Positions 12,910 to 25,769 of a stretch of 64,000 nt of DNA are shown here, one piece after another. The DNA is from Mobula hypostoma (taxonomy: Eukaryota), in the NCBI RefSeq assembly GCF_963921235.1, contig NC_086097.1, positions 50,470,001 to 50,534,000 on the forward strand, given 5' to 3'. Numbering within the stretch: position 1 is the stretch's first letter; each line of letters starts with the position of its first letter. The notes below the pieces were generated by a model that saw nothing but the letters and a program-made list of their open reading frames with translations, did not search any database and was not told the DNA's origin. The position numbers and the translations under genes are program-made.

Positions 12910-14080
12910 CGTTAATGATCTGGATGGTGGAATTTTGTGGTCAAGTTTGCAAGTGATACAAAGATAGGTGGAAGGGCAGGTAGTGTTGAGGAAGAAGAGA
13001 GTCTGCAGAAGGATTTGTACAGATTAGGAGAATGGGCAAAGAAATGGTAGAATACAGTGTAGGGGAGTATATGGTTATGCATTTTGGTAGAGAAAAAATG
13101 GTGTAGACTATTTTCTAAACGGCAAGCAAATTCAGAAATCGGAGGTCCTAGTGCAGGACTCCTTAAACATTAACCTGCAAATGAGTCAGCAGTAAGGAGG
13201 GCAAATGCAATGCTGAAGTTCATTGCAAGAGGACTAGAATAAAAAAGCAAGACTTTACTACTGACACTTTATAAGATATTGGTCAGACCACATTTGGAAT
13301 ATTGTGAGTGGTGTTGAGTCCCATATCTAAGAAAGGATGTACTGGCACTGGAGAGGGTCCAGAGCAGGTTCACAATAATGGTCCTGGGAATGAAAAGGTT
13401 TGATATGAGGAATGTTTGGCTCTGGGCCTGTACTCACTGGAGTTTAGAAGAATGAGGGAGTATCTCATTGAAACCTAATGAATATTGAAAGGCCTAGTTG
13501 GAGTGGATGTGCAGAGGATGTTTCCAAAACTGAGAGAGTCTAGGACCAGAGTGCACAGACTCCGAATAGAAGGGCATCCCTTTAAAAGACAGGTGGAGGT
13601 GTTTCTTTAGCCAGAGGGTAGTGAATCTGTGGAATTCATTGCCATAGAGAGCTGTGGGGGCCCAGTGATTAAGTATATTTAAAGTGTTGGTTGATGGGTT
13701 CTTGATTAGTAATGATGTGAAGGGTCAGGCGGGGATAATGGTGTTGAAAGCGAAAACAATTTTATTTTTATTTATTGACGGTGCAAAGCAGGCCCTTCTG
13801 TCCCTTCGTGATACCCAGCAACCTCCAAATTAACCTTGGCCTAATCATGGGACAATTTACAATGACCAATTAACCTACCAACTAATACATCTCTGCACTG
13901 TGGGAGGAAACTCACGCAGTCATTGGTTGAACATGCAAACTCCTTGCAGACAGCAGCAGGAATTGAACCTGGGTCACTGGAACTGTAAAATGTTGAGGTA
14001 AACACTATGCTACCGTGTTGCCCCAGTCAATCATGAATGATGGTAGAGCAGGGTGAATGGCCTAATTCTTCTCCTATGTT
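12910..14080 (+). mobile_element. CR1 3' fragment, interrupted near its tail by a V-SINE
   Basis: aagtttgcaagtgatacaaag, agaccacatttggaatattgt and agccagagggtagtgaatctgtggaattc. The tail resumes after 14025. Confidence 0.9.
13760..14024 (-). mobile_element. V-SINE nested in CR1 3'UTR
   Basis: Minus-strand B-box (ggaattgaacc on +), V-domain (actgtgggaggaaac, aacatgcaaactcc) and a tttattttta tail. Confidence 0.85.
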
Positions 14081-16757
14081 GGGGAGCCTTTAAACTATTT
14101 TGGCAGAGGAGTGGGAACTGGAATGATTGTGCTGAAGATCGAATGGTGTATAAATCGACTCTACAAGAAACTGCAAGGGTAAAAAGACCCTGATGGGAAT
14201 TATAAACAGTCCACCAAACAGTAGCCAGGATGTGGGATACAAATTACAATGAGATAGAAAGGACATGTAAAAAGGCAATGTTGCAATAGCCATGGGGGAT
14301 TTCAATGTGCATGCAAGAGAGGGAATTTGTAGAATACCTATGAGATGGCTTTTTAAGAGCAGCTTGTAGTTGAGCCCACTAGGGAAAAGGCAATTCTGGA
14401 TTGGTTGTTCCGTAATAGAACAGATATGAATAGGAACTTAAGGTAAAGGAAACCTTGGGAAGCGATCATAATATGATAGAATTCACCCTGTAGTTTGAGA
14501 GGGAGAAAATAAAGTCAAATGAATCAGTATTACAGTGGAGTAAAGGGAATTACTGAGGGATGAGAGGAGCTGGCCAAAGTTGATTGGAGGAGGACACTAG
14601 CAGGGTTACAGCAGAACAACAATGACTGGAGTTTCTGAGGACGATTCAAAGCTGCAGGATAACATGTGCCAAAGATGAAGTATTCTAAAGGGAGGATGAG
14701 AGAACCTTGGCTGTTAAGGGAACTCAAAGACAGACGAGAGCAATATAGCAAAAATTAGTGGGAAGTTAGAGGATTGGGAAACTTTTTTTAAAAAATCAAA
14801 GCAACTAAAAGCCATAAGGAGAGAAAATGTGTAATATGAAGGCCAATAGTATAAGAGGATACCACAAGTTTTTTTTTCCAAATATCTAAGGTGAAAGAGA
14901 GGTGAGAGTGGATATCAGACCGCTGGAGAAGTAGTAATAGGAGACCAAAAAGTGGTGGAGGAACTTAAGTATTTTACGTCAGTCTTCATTGTGGAGTATA
15001 CTAGCAGAATGCCAAGAATGCAAAAGTGTCGGAGGTCAGAAGTGAGTGTGTTACTATTACTGTGGAGAATCTGGTGTTTGGGAAGCTGAAAATTCTGAAG
15101 GTAGACAAGATGGACTACATTGAGGGTTCTGAAAGAGGTAGCTGTGGAGACATTTATAATCTTTCAAGAATCTGGAATGGCCCCGGGGGGCTGGGAAATT
15201 GTAAGTTTTACTGTGGTAAACCATATATATATGTTGTAAGTGGGTTACCTGTCTGGACACGCCCCCGCTGACTGTCCCTGTGGCTCCTCCCACAGATCCC
15301 TGAATAAAGGCGACTGGGCCTTGGCTCCTCCTCTCAGTCCAGAGGCAGACACTCAGCATGCTGGAGGTCACATTTTACTGTGAATAAAAGCCTTTCAGTA
15401 TTGACTCTACTTCCAGTCTTTTGGAGTTATTGATGGTCTGAAAGGGAGGGAGGCAGAAGAAAGGAAGCTGTTGGAGTCCATTATTAAGGATGAGATTTCA
15501 GGGTACTTGGAAGTGCATGAAAAAGTTAGGCCAAAGTCAGCATGGTTTCCTGAATAGGAAATCTTGCCTGACAAAATCTGCTGGAATTCTTTGAGGAAGT
15601 AACAAGTAAGGTAGACAAAGGATGCTTGCTTGGATTTTCAGAAGATCTTTGACAATGTGCTGAACATGAGACTGCTTAACAAGGTGAGAGCTCATGGTAT
15701 TACCGGACAGATACCAGCATAGGTTGAAGATTTGCTGACTGGTAGGAAGCAAAGACTGGGAATAAAGAGGGCCTTTTCTGAGTGGCTGGCAATGACTATT
15801 GTTCCACAGTGGCCTGTGTTAGAACCACCTGTTTTCACATTTTATGTGAATGATTTGGATGACAGAATTGATGGCTTTATGGCCAGGTTTGCAGATGAAT
15901 GGTAGGTGGAGGGGCAGGTAGTATTAAGGAAGCAGAGAATCTGTACAAGGACCTGGACTGGGAGAATGGGCAAAGAAGTGGCAGGTGGAATATAGTGTAT
16001 GCTTATGCACTTTGGTAGAAGGAATAAAGTCATAGACTATTTTCTAAACAGGGAGAAAATTGAAAACTCAGAGATGCAAAGGGACTTGGGAGTCCTTGTG
16101 CAGGATTCCCTAAACATTAATTTGCAGGTTGAGTTGGTGGTAAGGTAGGAAAATGCAATGTTTGAATTCATTTCAAGAGGACTAGAATATAAGAGCAAGG
16201 ATGTGATACTGAGGCATTGTATAAGGCATTGGCTAGACCACAGTGTATTATGAGCATATCTTAGAAAGGATGAGCTGGCATTGGAGAGGGTTCAGAGGAG
16301 GTTCACAAGAATCGTCCCAGGAAGAAAGGGTTAATGTATGAAGAACATTTGATGGCTGTGGGCCTGTTCCTGCTTGTGCTTAAAATAATGAGGGGCATTC
16401 AATGAAATCTATTGAAAATTGAAAGTTCTGGATGGAGTGGATTAAGGAGGATGCTTCCTATAGCGGGTGAGTATAGGACAAGAGGGCACAGCCTTAGATT
16501 ACATAGAGATGAGGAATTTCTTTAGCCAGAGGATAGTGAATCTGTGGAATTCATTGCCACAGGGGACTGTGGAGGCCAGGTCATTGAGTATATTTAAAGC
16601 GGTGATTGATAGGTTTTTGATTAGTCAGGTTTTCTAAGGTTATCGGAAGGAAGAGGAGAATGGGGTTGAACTGGATAATAAATCAGGCATGATGGAATGG
16701 GATAGCAGACTTGATGGGCTGATTAGTCTAATTATGCTCCGATGTCTTGTGGTCTTA
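14081..16757 (+). mobile_element. Longer degraded CR1 (endonuclease remnant, RT, 3' tail)
   Basis: atgggggatttcaat (MGDFN), attctggattgg, RT blocks and the tail attatgctccgatgtcttgtggtctt. Confidence 0.9.
15212..15437 (+). mobile_element. Solo LTR-like insertion inside CR1
   Basis: Interrupts CR1 homology, starts with TGTGGT and contains two AATAAA motifs. The 3' CA terminus appears lost. Confidence 0.6.
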
Positions 16758-17018
16758 AATGTGAGGGTCTAATTTTGTACAAGCTTTTCCAATCCTTGTA
16801 TCTGTGTGCTAAAGGTCATTATACCTATCTCAACCACTTCCTCTGTAGCTTATTCCACATACAAATCACTCTTTGTGTATTTTTTAAGCTTGGCCGTCAA
16901 GTTCCTATTAAATTTTTCCCTCTGATCTTAAACCTATACCTTCCAGTTCATGATTCCCCAAACCTTCAGAAAAAGACTGGGAGCATTCACCCTATCTATA
17001 CCCCACATGATTTTATAC

Positions 17019-17677
17019 GTATATATTGGTGAGACTCGACGCAGACTGGGATACTGTTTCGCTGAACACCTACGCTCTGTCCGCCAGAGAAAGCAGGATC
17101 TCTCAGTGGCCACACATTTTAATTCCATGTCCCATTCCCATTCTGATATGTCTACTGTCTGATATGCCTCTACTGTCAAGATGAAGCCACATTCAGGTTG
17201 GAGGAACAACACCTTATATTCCGTCTGGATAGCCTCCAACCTGATGGCATGAACGTTAACTTCTCTAACTTCTGTTAATACCCCTCCTCCCCTTCTTACC
17301 CCATCCCTTATTATTTTTTCCTCCTTTTTTTCTCTCTCTGTCCCTCTCACAATAACTCCTTGCCTGCTCTCCATCTTCCTCTGGTGCTCCTCTCCCCATT
17401 TCTTTCTCCCTAGGCCTCCCATCCTATGATCCTTTCACTTCTCCAGCCTTGTATCCCTTTTGCCAATCAACTTTCCAGCTCTTAGCTCTATCCCTCCCCC
17501 TCCTGTCTTCTCCTATCATTTTGGATCTTCCCCCTCCTCCTCCCACTTGCAAATCTCTTACTATCTCTTCTTTCAGTTAGTTCTGATGAAGGGTCTCGGC
17601 CCGAAACGTCAATTGGGCTTTTTCCTATGGATGCTGTCTGGCCTGCTGCGTTCCACCAGCATTTTGTGTGTGTTGCT
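17019..17677 (+). mobile_element. 5'-truncated Penelope-like element: GIY-YIG end, pyrimidine-rich 3' region and terminal repeat
   Basis: Starts at YIGETRRRLGYCFAEHL...VATHFNS. 11-bp TSD tgattttatac (17008-17018 and 17678-17688). Confidence 0.92.
17579..17614 (+). ncRNA. Minimal type I hammerhead ribozyme motif in the Penelope terminal repeat
   Basis: AGTT-CTGATGA-A-GGGT(CTCG)GCCC-GAAAC-GTC-AATT. Confidence 0.75.
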
Positions 17678-19664
17678 TGATTTTATACTCTACTAGATCA
17701 CCACAGTCTCCTAAACTCCAATGAATAAAGTCCATGCCTATCCAACCTTTCCCTATTAACCAGTCACTCAAATCCTGGCTAAATCTCTTCCAGTTTAATA
17801 ACATCCTTTAGGGGGAATGTGAAGGGAACTTCTGGGTGTGGTGAGAGTGGGTTGAGCTGCCGTCAGAAGTCCTGGATGTGGGTTTGATTTCAACATTTAA
17901 GAGAAATTTGGATAAGCACATTGCTCGGTGTGGTATGGGGGCTATGATCAGTTGTGGGTCAATGGAACTGAGCAGCGTAATAGTTTGACACAGTCTAGGT
18001 GGGCAGAAGGGACTGTGTCTGTGCTTGAGCATTTTTTTGACTATTACTGCTTTTCTAATAGCTGGGTGACCATTTCAACACTCTAGGTATGGCCTCACCA
18101 CAACATGACCTCTGAACTTTTACACTCAATGCCCTGATTGATGAAGGCCAGCATGCCAAATGCTGCCTTCACTACCCTATCTACCTGTGACTCCACGTTC
18201 AGGGAGCCGTGTATTTAACTCCAAGTCCCTCTTCTAAAGTGAAAGATCTACCAAGATTTGGTTTTCCAAAATACAACACCTCTCGCTTATCTGAATTAAA
18301 CTCCAATTGCCATTCCTCAGTCAACTTAGATGATCAATATCCCCTTTAATTTTTGATAACCTTCACTGTCTAAGGTTGTTACCATTTTCTGGACAAAGAC
18401 AATTCTATCTTGTAAACCAAGAATATCATAGCATCTGCAATTTTCACAAATATCAAAGATTTGTAACTCAAGGACATTAGATCCTATAGCTTGTTTTACT
18501 TATAGCATCAGGGAAGAAGCCCCAATATCAGTGACAAAAGGATGACCAGCTAACGTAGATCCAGCAGTAACCTTGCTTGACTTGGAACAGAGGATAACTT
18601 CCAATCCTTACCTTCAAACTGAGCAAAAATCAGTAGACTTTATCCCTCTCCATGCAGGTGCTTTGAAGATAGCCACTTATTTCTGTTCCTCCAAACAACA
18701 CCTCTTTACTTGATTGAAATAATAGAATATATAATTCAAATGCAAATTAGTGCAATTGTTAGGTTCAAATTTGGCAAATACTGCTTGGATTCATGTGTTT
18801 CTATTCTGTGTTTCTCTGCAGAGCCTAGCTCTTTCTGTACTTTTTCATGGTTTTGGTAATCAATCCCAGAAAACCATCAATGCCAGAAAAAGGATATTCA
18901 TCAAGGAAAACAACTGACCTCCCACAATTTCTTCTGTTTCCCAGTTTAATATGTGTTGTTGCGGGATTTATTTTCTTAATCTAATCCTGCTTCTAAACAT
19001 GGCCCTTTTCAGGCTGATCTTTAAGTAATTAGTTCCAACTGTGTTCATTTTACTTCATAATGGAACATTTCCATTTCAGACAGCCAACATCAGTATTGGG
19101 CACTTCCGTTCAGAAATTATACTCTGGAGTCGAGGAAAGATCATTCCAAGAAAATAACTCCACTTTAACCAACCCTTAAGAAATATCCATAGTACCAATT
19201 TAGGATATTTTTATACTTCTTACATCAAATGTTTATAAATGATATCTGGATGTTGATGATTAGTCTTGAACTAAGGATATTTTTATGCTGTTGGCTTGCA
19301 TATATTCCAGGACTTGATTTGAAACAACCAAAATGCATAAGAGGTAGAGACCTCCTATCCACCAAAGCGAGAGACATTCATTCAGTTTGTCACTTCATTA
19401 TTAACCGTATCAGCTTTTAAAAATTAAACAGATGGGTTTCAAAGAAAAAAATACTTTCAGTAAAAAAAAAGCTGCTTCTTGGACACATTGTTATCCATTA
19501 ATGATCATCACTTTTGCCTCTCCCTTCCCCTCCATACCACCTGCCCCCTGCCTCGCCTGGAGTTCCTCAAGAACCTAGAAATAGGAAAAGTAGCTGTGAA
19601 CAATTTTGATCTAAGCTTTGTAAATAGACTTGCATTCTTCAATGACTACAAACAAGTACTGGAT

Positions 19665-20140
19665 ATTGGTGGTGGTTGTCCATGTCCGATGATGACAGGA
19701 AACCTGTGCAGGAGAGTTTTTAAAGTGGGAAAGCCATTGCCCTGGGGCAGTTCCACTCTCTCGACTTCAGAAGTCTGGGTCCAGTGGGACTAACAAGCAT
19801 TACAAACTGGAACCTTCCTTGGTTGTAGTGGATGACCACAATGTCTTCTATGCCTCAGCATGCCCCTTGCTCTCCATTGTCTTCTTACCTATTGGATCTC
19901 ACTGTAGATCTCATCTGCCCACTGGAGCTGATGTCATATGCTAATCAGGCATGTCTCTACCTCCCCAGGGTATGAGGCTGATGGCTACCCTCACCTGGTT
20001 TAGCCCCCTTCATGGAAGCGGTATACTGGGGTGTGGCATGCAAACAGCTACTTGGAGCCACAGGTGAGTGCTGAGTGCCCGGTGTGGACCAAAGATGAGT
20101 GAGCTGCCCGAGAAAGGACACAAGCCCCTCCACCAGAGGT
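19665..20140 (-). mobile_element. RTE-related non-autonomous element (5'UTR-like, structured)
   Basis: GC-richer island. The minus strand begins ctctggtggaggggcttgtgtc, resembling RTE 5' ends, and contains ggctaaaccaggtgagggtagc. No ORF. Confidence 0.5.
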
Positions 20141-22299
20141 GGACACCCATATTATACAGGGAAAATTGCAGCTAAATGAAGGAGGTTCATTCTTGTTTTC
20201 GGTTATTTCTGAATGCATTTTATATTTTTAACAGAAGATTTCTGTCACATAGCTGAAAACTACATCACATTGCCAGTTTGGTAGGTGATGTACTATGGCT
20301 GGATTAAAGTATCCAGGGAGCACCTTTGACAATGTTTGTGCAGTAATGGGCTTATGCATTGACTGATAGCAGCACAGCTGTAACTGGCAATTAATGATAT
20401 GGTGTGTTACCTATCATCAAATCTGTAGTGACTTATTAAGTGACACGGGTGAATAACAATCTATTGAGTATGGTGTTTCTGACAAATAGTTCAAATAATT
20501 GAACGCTTTATAGGAGCTAAGAACATGTAATACAGTTCTTTATTGGAAAGAATTGAAACACTGTTAGTTGACATTGCTCTGCAGGGAGAACTTAGTTACC
20601 CAGATAGTTCTAATATTAGTCTATTTTATGATGGTGCAGTCATTTTTTATAATTATGTTGGTTAAGATATTTCTACTGATAATATGTATGAATGTAATCT
20701 GTTGCCATAATCCAGTGAGGAATTTATAAAGAAAGGTCAGTCCTACTTTATGATTTTCCAGATGAGATATTTGGATTGTTTCGGGGCTGTCCTGCAAATG
20801 CTCTCCAAGAGAGCACCGAATCGAAGTTCATTAAATCCCAATTATGTATTAAGACAAATTAACAAGTTTTGAACCAAGTTTTCCTTATTCTTTTCAGTAA
20901 TGTCATGGTTCCTGTCTTGTGTGAACAGCACTCACCTTATTACAAATGTTGGTCACCTTGAGCCTGGATATTTTTTAAAACAATGGTAGCTTTCAAGAAG
21001 TGCTTTACTGTGGATGCAGGGAAAGCAACTGTGAGAGTAGAATTTTGATTAATGTGAAACATTGAGTTGCAGATGTCTTTCTGTTTTAAAGTAAAACTCT
21101 TCTAAAATACATTGTATTAGATGCTGCTGTGTATATAGAAGTGTGATTGGATCTTCATATGTAAGCATTAGATATGAATGTAATGTAATATTCATTGTGC
21201 AGTTATATATTTGCAATTACATAGTTCCCCTTGTGTAGTCACTAAGTGCTCAGTATCAAATTGTGTTTCGCATTAGTCATTAAGCCACAAGGCAATGATT
21301 GGTTGGAGTTTGATTTGGGAGTTCCAATAATAAGCAATTGGATGCATAGCCATCAGCAGTAATGAGGGAAATGCAAGAGATTAGAATTGAAGTCCAGAGA
21401 TAGGAGGACTGCATAGCTGCAGGACATTACAGATATGGACCAAAGCAGTAATGAGCATTTTAAAACTGGTATTCTATCTGCTCACAAACCAGAATTTGAT
21501 TAGAGGTTGGTCATTCTCCAATTACCCAGGATGGAAAATAGGATACCAGCCAGGAAAGCATTCAAATAATTCAGAGCAATGGTTCTCAAACTATCAGGTA
21601 CTGCTACACCTGGTGACACAGTTGCAAGGGTAGAATTAAAAAGTAAGTGGAATTCACGGGAATGCTACTGACAGTGCAGTCATGCGAAACCTGTCCACTG
21701 TTGCTCAATCTAGGTTCTGCCAGGAGCTCTTTACAGGCCTGGTCCAAATATAAGCAGAACACAGGCGGCTTTTGACAATGCTACATGATTTGACTGAGTT
21801 TAATATCACCAACTTTATTCTGTTGATATCAGTGGGGAGGCTGTATGGGGTATAGACATGCCTCGCACTGAGTTGGTTGGTTATTGTGGTTTCAACTCAA
21901 TAATTCCCATCCCAGCACTGTTCAGTGCAGAGATATTGGTTACATTATTAATTTACCAGATTATTAAATTGCCTGTGCCTCTATATAGAAGAATCCAAAC
22001 AACATTCAGGCTGGAGTTGATGATAATTTATATGTAGAGGAAGTGTAGACCTCTTAATGCTAATCTACCATTCAATGAAATCATGCCTGATCTTTCAGAT
22101 ACCAGCAAAAGAAACAGAAACCTATAGGCATGTCATACTCAAGGAGGAGCTGCTTGTTTGGGATTAGAGAAGTTTCACTGATATGCACATGGAAGAATTG
22201 TCACATAAACTGGGAACAAACAAGGTCCTGCAAGGTAGGCTGGTCTTAAAAAAAAAATTTAAAAAAAATAATAATAATGGGGTCCCATGCAATCCAATG

Positions 22300-23235
22300 A
22301 GAGCTAGTTAGGTGGTTCAAAATTGGTTGAGAGGTAGGAAGCCGACGGAGGTGGTTGAAGTTGTTTCTCAGAATGGAGGCTGGAGACTAGTGGTGTGCTG
22401 CTGGGGTCAGCATTAAGACCCTTATTACTCATTAAATATATAAATGCTTTAGATGTTAACACACAAGGCTTGATTAGTAAGCTTGCAGATGACATGGAGT
22501 TAGGTTGTGCTGTTGGTCGTGAGGCTTATTGAAGATCAAAGGAGGATATTGATCAGTTAGGAAAGTGGGCTGATCAATACAGATAAATGTAAGGTGATGT
22601 ATCTTGGAAAGGCAAAAGACTGTAGGACTAATACTATAAATGGTGAGCCACAAGGGACTGTAATGGAACAAGTCTATAGTTCAATGAAAGCAGCATCATG
22701 GGTAGACAGGGTAGAAAAGGGCACTTAGCATGCTGGACTTCACTCAGGGGGTTGAGTATAGGAGTTGGGCTGACATTGCAATTTTATAAGTTGTTGGTGA
22801 GGTTGCACTTATAAGGATGTGGCCAGGACTAGAAGACCTGAGTTATAGAAAGAGGTTGTCTCAGCTAGGTCTTTGGCCTAGAGCAGTGAGAACTGAACTT
22901 ATAGAGGTTAATTAAATCATGATGGGCCTTGGTAAGCTATTTGTCCAGGGTGGGAGAGTCCAAAACTAGGAGCCCTAGATTTAGGATGAGTGGGGAAAGA
23001 TTTAAAAGGATTTGAGGGGTAACTTTTTCACACACAAGATGGTAAATATATGGAACAAGTTCCTTGAGGCAGGTGTAATAGTATCATTTAAGAAGCATTT
23101 AGATAGGTAAATGCAGGGTTGGAGCTTAGAGATATGGGCCAAAAGCAGGCTATTGGGACAAGATGTATGGACATGGTAGTGGGCGCGGACTTGGGCCGAG
23201 AGTCCTATATCCCTGCTGTATTGTTCTATGACTAA
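22300..23235 (+). mobile_element. Degraded CR1 3' fragment
   Basis: agtaagcttgcagatgaca (SKLADD) and the tail gctgtattgttctatgact. Confidence 0.85.
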
Positions 23236-23569
23236 CTACTCAGGATCATTGCTGGTAAGCCTCTCTACAGAGGATGAAGAAAACCTCCATTCAGAGTTTG
23301 ACAGTTTCTAGGCAAAGGCATATATTCAAAATGTACATGTTAGCCTTTGTGAGGACAGCTGATTGTTTATATAGCCATTTCTCTTTGACATTTAATGCTA
23401 TTACCTTCTCTGAATTTCCCTCAACATCATTATTGGGGGGGGGAGGGGGAATCATTCTCCAGAAATTTAGCAGGATCTCCTTCATAAATATTGTATGGGA
23501 GGGAGGCTGGTATCTCGCAATGGGCAACTCCCTGCAAGTCAAATGGATAATGGAACAGTTGCCTGAATG

Positions 23570-23950
23570 AATGCTGCTCAAGCCAAGACAAAGCAGTTCA
23601 TTTAACTGCCACTCCCTCCACTGCTAGTCTAATGCAGCTGCTTTGCCTCCCACCTTGAGATGCACTGCAAAAATTCATCAAGGCTATTTTGAAGGATTTT
23701 CACAAACCATTGACTGATATTCCCAGGAGAGTAAGGATAAGAGGCTGTGGAAATATCGCCAACTCCAAGTTAAAAATCATCCCGGCTATTTCATTCATTA
23801 GTTAGTTTATTGCCTCAAAATTCTGGAATCTCCCACCTAACAGCAAACGAGGAGCCCTCTACCATTAGGACTGTTGCAGCTCAAGAATATTTTCTGACAT
23901 ATTTTGAAAGGCAGTTGGAAATGAGTGATGCTCACATCCTGTGACTGAGT
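23570..23950 (+). mobile_element. Ancient CR1-like 3' end (related pieces near 31300-31620, 35230-35390, 62990-63270)
   Basis: Recurrent block ctggaa..ctcccacctaacagca...ggactg..gcag.tcaag. Confidence 0.55.
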
Positions 23951-24637
23951 TTTTAAAAAAATGCTGAACTATATTTTTTTAAAAAGCCAGGCAAAAGGAA
24001 GCAGGCAGATGAAAAGTAATGCTGCTTAGTCAATAGCTGCTATTCTGTACCCAGGGAACAGTGAATAGAGTGAGTAAGTAATGAATAGACTTGGAAAATA
24101 TTGTCAGACTGAGTAGATGCTTGCCAAAGGGCATGAATAGAAAATGCTGGAGAAACACAGCTAGTCAATCAGCATTTGCAGACCACGTACAATCAGGTTT
24201 CTGGCCAGAACTCCTTAGAATACATGCGGATTATTTCCAGCTTTTGCTGTTTTTCTTTCAATTTTCAACATAAACAGCTTATTCTTAAGAGCTTAGAGTT
24301 GGGCTGAGGTAAAGGGTACTTGTTTAATGGTTTAATCTGTTTACTATATTGTGTCATATTGCCTCACGTTTGCCCCTTCCCCCTGAAGGCCCCTCCATAA
24401 GGTATCTATTTTTCCCTACAATTCATAGTAGCCTAACACTGAAATTAAATCCTTTTGAATATTGTTACTAAAATACTCCTAGATCTGAATGTGGAATTTC
24501 TTTGCTATTTTGGAATAGATCTTAACATAATTTTTCATGTTTGTTTATATAGTAGCCAGATTTTTAGTTTCAGTCTGCTAGCCTCCTTATAATCATTACT
24601 TTAACTTGTTCCTCTGATGCTAGGAATCATATATATG

Positions 24638-25008
24638 TATTCCCTTCTTGTTTTTTTTCTACTGTTTTTAATGGAGGTCGGGTTTGAGGACATGATTTTA
24701 AGTCTTTTAACTCTACTTGTTTCCAAGTTAGCCCATTGCTTTGTTTTGCTTTTAGTTTAGTTGCACGGTGGGTTTTTTTGGGGTTTTTTTTTTCCTTTTT
24801 CTATTGATTCTTTTTCTATTTTTAGATATATATATAAAAAATTAGTATACTATTATCTTACCTTATTATTTTATGTTTAAATTACATTGTTTGTATCATT
24901 TCTTTTCTGTTTTAATATCTCCTGTAATTTTATTATATTCTCACAGTGTATTAGTGCCTATATGGCTTACCTTTTGTATACTTATTCAATAAAAAGATTT
25001 AAAAAGAA
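24638..25008 (+). mobile_element. Severely 5'-truncated L1-like insertion (3'UTR only)
   Basis: T-rich body, AATAAA near 24988 and an A-rich tail. Perfect 16-bp TSD aggaatcatatatatg (24622-24637 and 25009-25024). Confidence 0.8.
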
Positions 25009-25294
25009 AGGAATCATATATATGGCATTTCACCAGACGTATCCCAATTGGAACATAGCCCACTGACCTTCTGTGCTTGGGCCAAACAGTTAAACATTCC
25101 ACTGTTCATTTAGTAATTTTGCTTGTGACATAGGAGGCCATTCAACCCATCAATCCTCTGCCAGTTCTCAGAACAATCCTATCACCCTATTCCCCCAATT
25201 ATTTCCCTGTAACTTATTCTGTTTTACATGTCTATAAACTTCCTCCTTTCCTCCCTCCCTCTTCCCCCCCCCTCCAATTTTTCTGTCATCAATT

Positions 25295-25530
25295 TATACT
25301 CAGTGGCCACTTTATTAGGTACCTGCTGAACCTAATAAAATGTTCACTGAGTACGTTTATGGTCTTCTGAAGCTTAAGCTCATCCACTTTAAGGTTCATC
25401 CTGTTGTGCATTCAGCGGTGCTCTTCTGTTGCACGTGGTTATTTGAGCTACTGTTATATTTCTGTCAGTTTGAATCAGCCTGGCTATTCTCTGACCTCCC
25501 TCATTAACAAGGTGTTTATGCTCAAAAAAA
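25295..25530 (-). mobile_element. Tc1/mariner remnant with a terminal-inverted-repeat palindrome
   Basis: tactcagtggccactttattaggt (25297-25320) is inverted with acctaataaaatgttcactgagta (25330-25353). Minus-strand peptide GQRIARLIQTDRNITVAQIT resembles a Tc1 transposase N-terminal region. Confidence 0.8.
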
Positions 25531-25769
25531 TCAACTGTAGCAGCACAAACGGTAGTAACAAATGGCCAAAATAATATCAATGAAACCCAAGGTCCAGATT
25601 CAGGCTGGCTTCCCAGCATCAATTTCATGTAAACAAATGCCACCTCCAGCGCAGTGTGTCTTCCTTTCCATACAGGATTATCTTATAAATGTTTCAACGC
25701 ATAGAATTAACTTTTTCATCTACAATTTTAAAAAAAAAGGATCCCTAAACTCTCCTTAAGAATTACGAA

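Larger units (their letters stand above)
16780..18370 (-). mobile_element. Old CR1 on minus strand, split by a Penelope fragment and a + strand CR1 tail (about 17808-18045)
   Basis: Reverse-complement CR1 blocks (ttattccacatacaaatcactct, ccctatctataccccacatgattttatac, ccagcatgccaaatgc). Confidence 0.7.
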
